From IMG/VR virus record IMGVR_UViG_3300032257_000071, positions 1-35,241 of that record: 35,241 nt of DNA; one strand, 5' to 3'. A model generated the notes under the pieces. The model was not told the origin of the DNA, did no database searches, and was given only the letters and a program-made list of their open reading frames with translations. This stretch comes from a virus. Lineage: Duplodnaviria; Caudoviricetes. The translations under genes were made by a program, and so were the position numbers. Positions 1-7,630 of this stretch are shown piece after piece (the stretch's first letter is position 1; each line of letters opens with the position of its first letter).

Positions 1-127
1 GGGCGCCCTCCCGATCCGCCTCGGCGTTGCCCAGCCGTATGCGCGCCTCCGAGTCGTCAACGACGGCGGCGTTGACACAACGACGCTCAAGATCCGGACA
101 TCCTACAACAACGGCGGCGAGTTCCAG
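1..127. repeat. 127-bp terminal direct repeat, left copy (circular assembly overlap)
   Basis: Identical to 35115-35241; an ORF reads in frame across the junction. Confidence 0.97.
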
Positions 128-934
128 GGCCCGCTCAACGGGACGCTGTACCGCGAGAACCCCGCGGGCACAGTGCGCCTCGGTAACGACATCGACTCCG
201 ACGTATCCAGGGGCCTCCACTATGATGCCATGTCGGTGCACAAGTTCGGCGGTTCGGCGGCGGTGAGCACGACGGAGCGGTTCCTGTGGCCCGGCGCCGC
301 GACCAGCTACCCGGGGTTCCTCCAGGCCGCCAAGGCGATGCGGGTCAAGGCAGGCGGCAACGTCAACGACACCGCAGCCGGGAGCGGCGCCCGAGAAGTC
401 ACGATCTACGGAATCGACGAGAACGGCAACCCCGCAGAAGAGGCCGTCGCGACCGCAGGCGCCAGCGCCAGCAGCGCGACCACCACCACATTCTTTCGAG
501 TGCATCGCGCCCGCGTCACCGCCGCCGGCACCTACGGCGGCAACAACCCGTCAGCCATCACGATCGAGGCCAGCGACGGCAGCGCGGACGTATCGATCAT
601 CGCGGCCGGTGCAGGCACCTCCGAGCAGTGCAACTACACGATCCCTGCGGGGTACACTGGACTGTGGAGGGGCTACGAGTGCAACGTAGCCGGCAGCAAG
701 CCCGCCACGCTGCGCGCCTATTCCCGCGCTGGCGTCAACGTCGTCAGCGCACCGTTCGGGCCGCTGATACGGCGGCTCCAGAGGTACGAGCTGAACAACC
801 TTACATCGGTGACGTGGCGGTCCCCGGTCGTCCTCCCGGAGTGGACCGATCTATGGTTCACCGGCGCTAAGGCGGCGGGCGGGTCCGACTCGTTGATGAA
901 CCTGTCTTTCGATATCACACTCTACCGGGACTGA
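2..934 (+). CDS. 3' part of a ~400-aa virion/tail-associated protein that starts at 34846 and wraps around the circle
   Basis: Open frame continuous with ATG 34846 through the overlap; Gly/Ala/Thr/Ser-rich, beta-type composition; at the distal end of the tail module. Confidence 0.75.
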   Translation, partial: GALPIRLGVAQPYARLRVVNDGGVDTTTLKIRTSYNNGGEFQGPLNGTLYRENPAGTVRLGNDIDSDVSRGLHYDAMSVHKFGGSAAVSTTERFLWPGAATSYPGFLQAAKAMRVKAGGNVNDTAAGSGAREVTIYGIDENGNPAEEAVATAGASASSATTTTFFRVHRARVTAAGTYGGNNPSAITIEASDGSADVSIIAAGAGTSEQCNYTIPAGYTGLWRGYECNVAGSKPATLRAYSRAGVNVVSAPFGPLIRRLQRYELNNLTSVTWRSPVVLPEWTDLWFTGAKAAGGSDSLMNLSFDITLYRD

Positions 935-935
935 T

Positions 936-1715
936 ATGATGCTGCGTCCTCCCTCTACGATGGCCGGCGACGGGCTGGCAACACCACCGGCCGGCGGCGC
1001 CGCCCTCAGCGAGGACCCGATCTGGCGCACCCGCCTGCACGTCCCCCTCAGCACGCTCGCCAACAAGGACGTAGCCTCCGACGCTACCCATGACATCGGC
1101 GCAGACGTTGACTTGACCGTCAACGATTCAGCCTCGATTGCCACGGCCGATATCGTCAACGGCACGGGGTTGGTGATCACCTCGACAGCAGCGGGCGTGG
1201 TTCGCCTGTCGTTTGACCTCGATGCGATCACAGCACTCAACACCCGGCGCGAGCTGCGGCTGGTGTGGGTCTTCAGCGTCACCGGCGGCCAAGCAGGCGA
1301 CCGTGTGCTCTGCACCCTCACCGACTCGACCACCGGGACCTACACACGCTCGCTCCAGCTCGGCTACAAGTGGACCGGGGGCACCGACCGCAAGGCGCGG
1401 TATCAGGTCTACGACGGCGGCTGGACACAGGGTGACGACGATGTGATCACCTCCAGCGACGGGCAGACCTATCGCGTCGAGCTCAACGTGATGGGCCACC
1501 ACGCCCGGGGCTACGTCGACCTCGCCAGCGCCCCCGCGGACAACCCCGAGGACGGCACGTTCCGCCGCTTCTTGAACACCGCCGAGTCTCAGCAGTCGGA
1601 CGCGGAGGTCGACCCCTGGAGTAGCGCGCGCATGGCCCGCATGGACATCGTACCCGCTGGGAACACCGCCCTCAACATCACCATCACCGACTTCTACGTG
1701 CTGGAGGCCGCATGA
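936..1715 (+). CDS. Putative tail/receptor-binding structural protein (beta-sandwich/lectin-like), 259 aa
   Basis: Starts just after the previous stop; alternating hydrophobic beta pattern; lies between tail and lysis genes. Confidence 0.6.
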   Translation: MMLRPPSTMAGDGLATPPAGGAALSEDPIWRTRLHVPLSTLANKDVASDATHDIGADVDLTVNDSASIATADIVNGTGLVITSTAAGVVRLSFDLDAITALNTRRELRLVWVFSVTGGQAGDRVLCTLTDSTTGTYTRSLQLGYKWTGGTDRKARYQVYDGGWTQGDDDVITSSDGQTYRVELNVMGHHARGYVDLASAPADNPEDGTFRRFLNTAESQQSDAEVDPWSSARMARMDIVPAGNTALNITITDFYVLEAA

Positions 1716-1909
1716 GATTCGCCCCTCCCGATTCGCCGCTGGTCGCTGATGCCGTCGCCCGCCTGGCCGAGCTCGGCGTCACCATCCCCGAGGGCGCGCT
1801 GATCTGCGTCGAGGACGGCATCATCACTCTCCACGCTGGGACCGGCGCCTACGAGTCCGACCCCGGGCCCACAGTCGGTGAGGCCGTGCTCCTGGAGGAT
1901 GCCCCGTGA
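1712..1909 (+). CDS. Hypothetical protein, 65 aa
   Basis: ATGA and GTGA overlaps with both neighbours; GC3-biased codons. Confidence 0.7.
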   Translation: MRFAPPDSPLVADAVARLAELGVTIPEGALICVEDGIITLHAGTGAYESDPGPTVGEAVLLEDAP

Positions 1910-2574
1910 GCCGCCCCCAGCTCGCCTACGGCGCTCGAGGCCCCGCCGTCCAGCAGCTCCAGCGCCTCCTCGGCCTGAAGCCCGACGGCCTCTTCGGCCC
2001 CGGCACCCGCACCGCCGTCCAGGCCTACCAGCGCCGCCTCGGCGTCACCCCAGACGGCATCGTCGGCCCGGACACCTGGGCCGTGCTCGAAGGCGGGCTC
2101 CCCGAGACCTGGGCCGCGACGAGCTGGGGCGCGGACCGTGCGCCCTTCGTCCTGCGGCTCCCCCCGGGCTGGCAGGTGACCAGCGGCTGGGGCCCTCGCG
2201 GCAACCCGCCGCAGGACCACGACGGGATCGACCTGGCCGGCGCGGGCTGGGAGGAGGTCCCCCCGCTGTTCCTGGCGCCCTGTGCCGGCGAGGTGATCGC
2301 CAGCAACGCCGCAGACCCCTGGGGCGGGGGCTACGGCTTCTGGATGCTCCTGCGCGAGCCCGGGGGGCTGGAGTTCTTCGCCGGGCATCTCTCGGAGGTC
2401 CACGTCGGCGACGGGCGGATCCAGGAGGGTCAACCGCTGGGGCGCTTCGGCAACACCGGTCACAGCTACGGCGTGCACCTCCATGCGGAGACCCGGCGTA
2501 ATGGTGTCGCCTTCAACCCGGAGAGCGTGCTACGCGTTGAGGACCTCCTCCATGGGCAAGAGGTCGCGGCGTGA
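1906..2574 (+). CDS. Endolysin: N-terminal peptidoglycan-binding domain + M23 metallopeptidase
   Basis: PG_binding_1 pattern (VQQLQRLLG..PDGLFGPGT..AVQAYQ..DGIVGPDTW); M23 motifs HxxxD (HDGID) and HxH (GNTGHSYGVHLH). Confidence 0.92.
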   Translation: MSRPQLAYGARGPAVQQLQRLLGLKPDGLFGPGTRTAVQAYQRRLGVTPDGIVGPDTWAVLEGGLPETWAATSWGADRAPFVLRLPPGWQVTSGWGPRGNPPQDHDGIDLAGAGWEEVPPLFLAPCAGEVIASNAADPWGGGYGFWMLLREPGGLEFFAGHLSEVHVGDGRIQEGQPLGRFGNTGHSYGVHLHAETRRNGVAFNPESVLRVEDLLHGQEVAA

Positions 2575-2912
2575 GCGGCCCCTCTGCCGGTGACCGCTTC
2601 GGCCCCGACGGCGTGACTGAGGAGCAGGTCCTCGTGGACACGCTGGAGTGGGAGGCGCTGCGGGGTGTCGTCACCGATCTGCGCGACGAGGTCGGCGGGA
2701 TCAAGGCCGCCCCCGCCAAGGCCAGTCAGCGCAAGGTCGTCGTGGCCTGTGTGGCGCTGGTGTCCGCTGCGGTCGTCTCGATCGTGCTGGTGACCCTCGG
2801 CGACGCCGACGCCGGCGCGGTGATGACGAGCTACGGCGCCATCGTCTCCGCGGCGCTCGCCATCTTCGCCGCCGGCAACGCCGCCGAGCACGCCGTGAAG
2901 GGCCGACAGTGA
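2571..2912 (+). CDS. Holin-like membrane protein (2 predicted TM segments)
   Basis: Directly after the endolysin; hydrophobic stretches VVVACVALVSAAVVSIVLVTL and YGAIVSAALAIFAAG. Confidence 0.7.
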   Translation: MSGPSAGDRFGPDGVTEEQVLVDTLEWEALRGVVTDLRDEVGGIKAAPAKASQRKVVVACVALVSAAVVSIVLVTLGDADAGAVMTSYGAIVSAALAIFAAGNAAEHAVKGRQ

Positions 2913-3043
2913 GCGTTCGTCGCCAGCTCGCCCGCGTCGCCGAGGCGGGCCTCTACACCTGCGCCGCCGTCGGCGCCGGCCTGGTCGTCGCCTCGGCGCT
3001 GACGTGGCTCACCCTCGCCAGCGTCGCCGAGGAGCTACGATGA
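2909..3043 (+). CDS. Small membrane protein, 44 aa (lysis cassette)
   Basis: GTGA overlap start; MSVRRQLARVAEAGLYTCAAVGAGLVVASALTWLTLASVAEELR, one TM segment. Confidence 0.65.
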   Translation: MSVRRQLARVAEAGLYTCAAVGAGLVVASALTWLTLASVAEELR

Positions 3044-3195
3044 GCGCCCCGACGATCCGCGCCGCAGTCGCTCTGACCTCCCTCGGCGGTGTGCTGGCCA
3101 CGATGGCGGGCTTCTACACCCACGACGTGCTGCTGGCGCTCGCCGGGCTGGTGGCGCTGGCGATCTGCGCCGGCTGGCGCCTGGGGGGGCCATGA
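3040..3195 (+). CDS. Small membrane protein, 51 aa (2 TM; lysis cassette)
   Basis: ATGA overlap; MSAPTIRAAVALTSLGGVLATMAGFYTHDVLLALAGLVALAICAGWRLGGP. Confidence 0.65.
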   Translation: MSAPTIRAAVALTSLGGVLATMAGFYTHDVLLALAGLVALAICAGWRLGGP

Positions 3196-3575
3196 GCGGC
3201 CTCCAGCCCGATCAGGTGTTGCTTGAGGTGCTCGGAGTGCTGTCGCGTGTCGACGCCCGGCAAACAGCCATGAGTGAGCGCCTCGGGCGTATCGAGGAGA
3301 CTGTGGCGTCTGCCATCGCGCCACAGGTCACCATCCAAAATGAGCTTGCTCAGATACGGGTCGACCACAACGCCGAGTCGGAGCGCATCGCGCCCATGAT
3401 CGCGGCCGCCGAGGCCGCCCTGGTGCAGCAGGCGGCTGCTGCTGAGCGCCGGGGGCTGACGGTCGGCGCGGTAACGGAGACTATCACCGGGGGTAATAGG
3501 CTGGGTAGCGTGCTGATCGCCCTGCTAACGGGGCTGGTGACATGGTACCTATCCACATTAGGAGCGACCCCATGA
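3192..3575 (+). CDS. Coiled-coil protein with C-terminal TM anchor (lysis accessory)
   Basis: ATGA overlap; heptad-like N-terminal region; C-terminal LGSVLIALLTGLVTWYL. Confidence 0.7.
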   Translation: MSGLQPDQVLLEVLGVLSRVDARQTAMSERLGRIEETVASAIAPQVTIQNELAQIRVDHNAESERIAPMIAAAEAALVQQAAAAERRGLTVGAVTETITGGNRLGSVLIALLTGLVTWYLSTLGATP

Positions 3576-3817
3576 GTCAAGCCCTCGCCTCTATGGCCTC
3601 CCAGCTCGCCGAGTTGATCGAGCGCGACGACACCGAGGAGCGGGAGGCGTTCAACCGCCCCTTTCGTGAGCGGGCGCGGGCCGTCATCGTCCAGCGAGAC
3701 GGGCGCAGCGTGGCGATGCTGTCGCTGCCGCTGCCCTGCAAGACCTGTCCGAACCGACAGACCGAGGCGGATATCATCCCACCACCGCCTGACGTCAAGC
3801 CACCACAGAAGCACTGA
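3572..3817 (+). CDS. Hypothetical protein, 81 aa (CxxC, Pro-rich tail)
   Basis: GGAG RBS and ATGA overlap at 3572. Confidence 0.6.
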   Translation: MSQALASMASQLAELIERDDTEEREAFNRPFRERARAVIVQRDGRSVAMLSLPLPCKTCPNRQTEADIIPPPPDVKPPQKH

Positions 3818-3824
3818 GAGGCCC

Positions 3825-4118
3825 ATGGGCAAGCGCGTGAAGAACCAATATCCTCGACCCCACTACAACCTCGTCAGCGGCACCATCACCCGTATCGGCC
3901 TCGCCTGGCACCTCCATGAGACGGACGACAACGACGCCGTGATTCTCGACGTGACGCTCGGAGAGGCGACCCCTACCGAGTGGAGTTCGCTGGAGGGCAC
4001 CGCGTCACAGCTCGCGTTTGATACGGCTGCGACTGCGGTGTGGGGCACCAACTACAGCGGCCTCGACGCGGACGCCCGGAGTGGGATGCGGGCGATCATT
4101 GACGCTGGATTGCCGTAG
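3825..4118 (+). CDS. Hypothetical protein, 97 aa; last gene of the rightward operon
   Basis: GAGG RBS upstream of ATG 3825; MGKRVKNQYPRPHYNL... Confidence 0.65.
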   Translation: MGKRVKNQYPRPHYNLVSGTITRIGLAWHLHETDDNDAVILDVTLGEATPTEWSSLEGTASQLAFDTAATAVWGTNYSGLDADARSGMRAIIDAGLP

Positions 4119-4341
4119 ACCTCGCCTCCCTCAGCAGCGCGCTCAGGTAGGCGACATCGCCCGCAATCAGCGCCACCCACTCATCAAGCAGGCGGTGCTG
4201 CCGTATCGCCTCCTCCGGGCTCACGGTGCCCGCGCGGAGGCATTCGTACAGGCGCTCCCGGTCGCGCTCCATCCTGGCGCCCTCCAGCGCGAGGGCGCCG
4301 AGGGCGTGTAGTAGTTCGGCTTCGGATGCTCCGTTCCCCAT
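4096..4341 (-). CDS. Hypothetical helical protein, 81 aa, possibly leaderless
   Basis: Convergent with the late operon; TACGCT -10-like hexamer 6 nt before the ATG and no SD. Confidence 0.55.
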   Translation of the reverse strand: MGNGASEAELLHALGALALEGARMERDRERLYECLRAGTVSPEEAIRQHRLLDEWVALIAGDVAYLSALLREARSTAIQRQ

Positions 4342-4406
4342 GCGTCCAGCGTATCGCCGGGTATGGCGGAAAGGTGCTGGTGGCGCATATTCCCGTTCAC
4401 GTTTTT

Positions 4407-4426
4407 TGTAACGATAATCATTATCA
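4407..4426. promoter_or_regulatory. Fur-box-like palindrome (TGTAACGATAATCATTATCA)
   Basis: 16/19 identity to GATAATGATAATCATTATC; AT-rich island in a GC-rich genome. Confidence 0.6.
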
Positions 4427-4434
4427 ACTACGCA

Positions 4435-4986
4435 TTAGGGGTTGACAGCGGCGACTTCTTGTGGGAGCCACCCCCATCGGCGACCGCTGGCGATATTCGA
4501 AATGCAGGACTTCCCCACCCCGTACCGCGCCCCAATCTGAGTCAGGGAGAGTCCGCCGGCCGACACCAGATCCCGAATCTTTCTAACGTCGGCCGGCTTG
4601 AGCCCGCGCGACATCGAGCCATGACGGCAAGCGTCCAGGCTGTTCTCGGCGTGAGTTCCATAGACGATGTTGCTCAGGTGGTTGTTCTCCGGGTTGCCGT
4701 CGAGGTGGCGGATCACCATCCCCTCCGGGCGAGGCCCCACGAACGCCTCCAGCATCAGGATATGGACCCGTGTGACCTGCCGGTTGATGCCGACACAGGG
4801 GTACCCACCCATGTTGGACAGCCGGCACAGCCCCGCCGGCTTCCAGCGGTTCCCGCGCACCGTCCGAACTCGACCATGGGAACTGATCGCGTACCGCGAG
4901 CTCCGCACGCAGGGCACCCATCGCTCGACATCGACACCGAACAAGGCGAGCTGATCGACGGGTTCGGTTATACTGGCTTCAGACAT
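4435..4986 (-). CDS. NUMOD4-HNH homing endonuclease with C-terminal HTH
   Basis: ERW...YAISSHGRVR (NUMOD4); VHILMLEAFVGPRPEGMVIRHLDGNPENNHLSNI..GTHAEN (HNH); C-terminal LSLTQIGARYGVGKSCISNI. Confidence 0.92.
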   Translation of the reverse strand: MSEASITEPVDQLALFGVDVERWVPCVRSSRYAISSHGRVRTVRGNRWKPAGLCRLSNMGGYPCVGINRQVTRVHILMLEAFVGPRPEGMVIRHLDGNPENNHLSNIVYGTHAENSLDACRHGSMSRGLKPADVRKIRDLVSAGGLSLTQIGARYGVGKSCISNIASGRRWGWLPQEVAAVNP

Positions 4987-5053
4987 TCGGGCCTCCGCTA
5001 AGGCTTGGATGTGATGGGGGAGTCAGCGTCAACTGACTCCCCCATCATAGCAT
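4987..5053 (-). promoter_or_regulatory. HNH leader: extended -10 (TGCTATGAT), 15-bp perfect hairpin and SD-occluding mini-hairpin
   Basis: Arms 5012-5026 and 5033-5047 with a 6-nt loop; GCCT-TAGCGG-AGGC overlaps GGAGG. Confidence 0.6.
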
Positions 5054-5099
5054 TACTCCTCGCCGTTCTCCAGCGCGCCCTTGCATGGCATGGCTACGC

Positions 5100-5354
5100 T
5101 CACCACTCCCCCAACGGCCCACTCAGGGCGCAGGGTGGCGGTGATGCCCTACGGCGCTCCTCTCGCCGGGCTGCGGTGGCGGCTACTCGGCCACGAGAGC
5201 GGCATCCTCCCGGAACCTGGCAGCGGCGGTAGCGGCCCACCGTCACCCACGGCGGCGATCCGGGGTAGCCGTCAGCGTCAGCGGCCCACCGCCGCAGGGT
5301 CGCAGGGCTCACGCCCAGCTCGGCGGCGGCGGCCTTCGTGGAGCGGAGAGTCAT
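5100..5354 (-). CDS. Excisionase/AlpA-like HTH DNA-binding protein (C-terminal half possibly degenerate)
   Basis: STKAAAAELGVSPATLRRW...VGRYRR matches the Xis/MerR-type HTH pattern. Confidence 0.65.
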   Translation of the reverse strand: MTLRSTKAAAAELGVSPATLRRWAADADGYPGSPPWVTVGRYRRCQVPGGCRSRGRVAATAARREERRRASPPPCALSGPLGEW

Positions 5355-5358
5355 CGTC

Positions 5359-5544
5359 TCAGTCCTCCTCGGCGTTGCAGTCGTCGTCGCAGTCCAGAGC
5401 GCCCTCGCTGCTGTCGTCGCGGTCGGTGTCGGTGTCGGTGTCGGTATTGGTGTCGGTATCCGCCGGGCTGTCGTCGCAGTTCTCGCCGGCCTGCCACCTG
5501 GCCCAAAGCCCTCGGGAGCCGGTGTCGTTGTCGTTGGCGGTCAC
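5359..5544 (-). CDS. Small very acidic protein with DT repeats, 61 aa
   Basis: GTGA overlap with the sigma gene stop; 21 of 61 residues are D/E. Confidence 0.6.
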   Translation of the reverse strand: MTANDNDTGSRGLWARWQAGENCDDSPADTDTNTDTDTDTDRDDSSEGALDCDDDCNAEED

Positions 5545-7352
5545 TTCGCCGCCCGCAGCCCGGAGGTCCACAGCTCCGCGCCCAGCTCGGCGGCCGCAGC
5601 CGCCTGCACTGCCTCCAGCCGATCACCGAGCAGCCGCCGCGCGCGCTCCCGGGCATCCGGCCAGCCGATCCCGGCGACGACGGCCAGCAGGAGGTCGCGC
5701 CGGTCGTCGGGGGCGCAGGCGGTCACGGGATCGCCCGCGTCGCGCAGGGCCAGGAGGTCGCGCACCTCGCGGATCAGTCCGCCCCAGGTCTCCTCGCCCG
5801 CGATGCCGAGGGCGTCCTTGAGCTGTCGGTGCTGGCTGTCCACGGCACGGCGGTGGTGCAGCGTCAGCGTCAGGATCTCATCGTCCTGGGCGTCCTGCGG
5901 AAGATCCAGGGCGGAGCACAGCGGCGCGCGGAGGTTGCCGTAGGCGATGCGGACGGCGCGTTGCTCCGCCTTCAGCCGGTCGTTCGCGTGGTGCCGCTCC
6001 TCCAGGACGGCCTCCAACTCGGCGATGCGGGCCTTGAGCACGGCAGTGTCGGGGGTTGGCGTTTTCGCCAACTTCGTCTTGGCGCGACGCTTCCGACGCT
6101 TGCCGATGCCCACCAGATCGATCACCTCGTACTTCCGGGCGCTGTTCTCGTGAGCCTTGCAGAGCCCGGTCCCTCGACGCTCCCGAGGGCAGTCCTTCAG
6201 GATGCACTGGTCCTCTCGCCAGGCGCTCCGCGGCGGCCGGATGAGCGCCCCGCGCCGGCGGTTCTGGTGCGCGCTGGCGGCGAAGGTGATCACCAGGCGT
6301 CCGTCGTGGTCGGCGGGGTCGCCGTCAACGTGGTAGTCGGCGGCGCTGGCGTCGACGGCCTGCTCGGCGGGGGTGCGGTTGTCCATGTCGGGCTCCAGGG
6401 CGATGAGGGGGAGGTCGGTGACGGTGAGGCGCAGGCGGCGCAGGGTCCGGGCGTGGCCCTCGCAGGCACCGCGATCAGCGGCAGGGCGATGACAGGCGGT
6501 GCCGTCGCCGTAGAGGACAGGACAGCGGCCGGCGGGGGCGTCCCAACGCTGCCGGGTCTTCGTGAGTGCGCGACCGTTCCAGGAGACCGGCGCCGGCGGG
6601 GGTGCGTCTGTCAGCCACCCGGTGATCCGCTGGACGGCCTGCTGCTCCAGCTGGCGGATCCGCTCACGGGACAGCGACAGCGGCGCGGCGATCGCGGCGA
6701 GCGAGAGCCCTTGGAGGCGGCCCTCGAGCACGGCACGCTCTCTCTCAGGCAGGCGTTCGATCAAGGCGCGGACCCGGGCGCGCTGACGGGTGTCGTCCAG
6801 CAGCTCGTCGAGCGGCCGGGCGTCGGCGGGCAGCAGGTCGCGGCCGGTGGTGTCGGTGCCGTCGTAGAGCGGCTTGTCCAGGCGGACGGCAGTGCCGCGG
6901 GCGTTCAGGATGGCCTGAAGCCCCTCGGCGCTGTGACCGGTGGCCTCGGCGGCGTCGCCTATGGTGCCGCCCTCGGCGAGCACGCGGCGGGCGACGTGGT
7001 GGAGGTGGGCGTGACCCATCGCGGTGGTCAGCGCGTCCCCCCGGTTCTCAGGGGCCCGAACGATCGCGCCCTTCAGGTGCCAGTTTGCCCAGGTCGTCAG
7101 CCCTGCGCGTTCGGGGTCCCAGGTGTGGGCCCGCTCCGCCAGGTGGGCGAGCGCGTGCTGGGTCAGATCGTCGGCCTGGTCGTTGTCACCACGGGAAACC
7201 CGCCACGCCCTCTTCCGGGCGTAGTCGGCCACCGCCAGCGCCAGCCGCCAGCGAGCAGCCAGCGCGGCGTCGGTGTCGCCTCGGGCCACGGCGGCGGCGA
7301 GCTCGCCGGCGACGGCTACGGCGGCGTCGGAGGTCAGGCGGTGCGCCTTCAT
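5541..7352 (-). CDS. Sigma70-family RNA polymerase sigma factor (regions 2-4) fused to two CCCH zinc-finger-like motifs and a coiled-coil tail, 603 aa
   Basis: Region 2 DDLTQHAL..L.....WDPERAGLTTWANWHLKGAI; region 3 VRLDKPL; region 4 LPERERAVL...LSLAAIAAPLSLSRERIRQLEQQA; ATGA-coupled start at 7352. Confidence 0.88.
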   Translation of the reverse strand: MKAHRLTSDAAVAVAGELAAAVARGDTDAALAARWRLALAVADYARKRAWRVSRGDNDQADDLTQHALAHLAERAHTWDPERAGLTTWANWHLKGAIVRAPENRGDALTTAMGHAHLHHVARRVLAEGGTIGDAAEATGHSAEGLQAILNARGTAVRLDKPLYDGTDTTGRDLLPADARPLDELLDDTRQRARVRALIERLPERERAVLEGRLQGLSLAAIAAPLSLSRERIRQLEQQAVQRITGWLTDAPPPAPVSWNGRALTKTRQRWDAPAGRCPVLYGDGTACHRPAADRGACEGHARTLRRLRLTVTDLPLIALEPDMDNRTPAEQAVDASAADYHVDGDPADHDGRLVITFAASAHQNRRRGALIRPPRSAWREDQCILKDCPRERRGTGLCKAHENSARKYEVIDLVGIGKRRKRRAKTKLAKTPTPDTAVLKARIAELEAVLEERHHANDRLKAEQRAVRIAYGNLRAPLCSALDLPQDAQDDEILTLTLHHRRAVDSQHRQLKDALGIAGEETWGGLIREVRDLLALRDAGDPVTACAPDDRRDLLLAVVAGIGWPDARERARRLLGDRLEAVQAAAAAELGAELWTSGLRAAK

Positions 7353-7630
7353 CGGGGCGCCCTCGGCAGCACGCGCAGGTCCAGGATGTCGACGCCCTCC
7401 CGGGCGAGGAGGGACTGGTGGCTGCGGCAGACGCCTGCGTTCTTGCCGGTCTTCGACGCCTTGCGCGGACACTGGCCCCGGTACGCGCGGGCGTTCGGGT
7501 CGTAGAGGTGACAGCGGCCGGCGTCGACGTCGCGGTTCCATCGCAGCCCGGCAAGGCGCTGCTGGACCTTGAGGCGCAGGCTGCGCCGGGCGCGCTCGGC
7601 AGGGCTCAGGGCGTGGTCGTAGGTGGTCAC
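7349..7630 (-). CDS. Stand-alone CCCH zinc-finger-like protein, 93 aa, paralogous to the first finger domain of the sigma fusion
   Basis: GTGA-coupled start; AGRCHLY...CPRKA...GVCRSH..L.R...ILDL aligns with AGRCPVLY...CHRPA...GACEGH..L.R...VTDL. Confidence 0.75.
   Translation of the reverse strand: MTTYDHALSPAERARRSLRLKVQQRLAGLRWNRDVDAGRCHLYDPNARAYRGQCPRKASKTGKNAGVCRSHQSLLAREGVDILDLRVLPRAPR

Noticed and set aside
4435-4986. Intron-encoded endonuclease or terminase-associated HNH
   Set aside because: Free-standing with its own leader, interrupts no gene, and lies far from terS on the opposite strand
5012-5047. Intrinsic terminator
   Set aside because: Strong stem but no U-tract on either strand; it overlaps a -10-like element and matches the leader architecture at 13744
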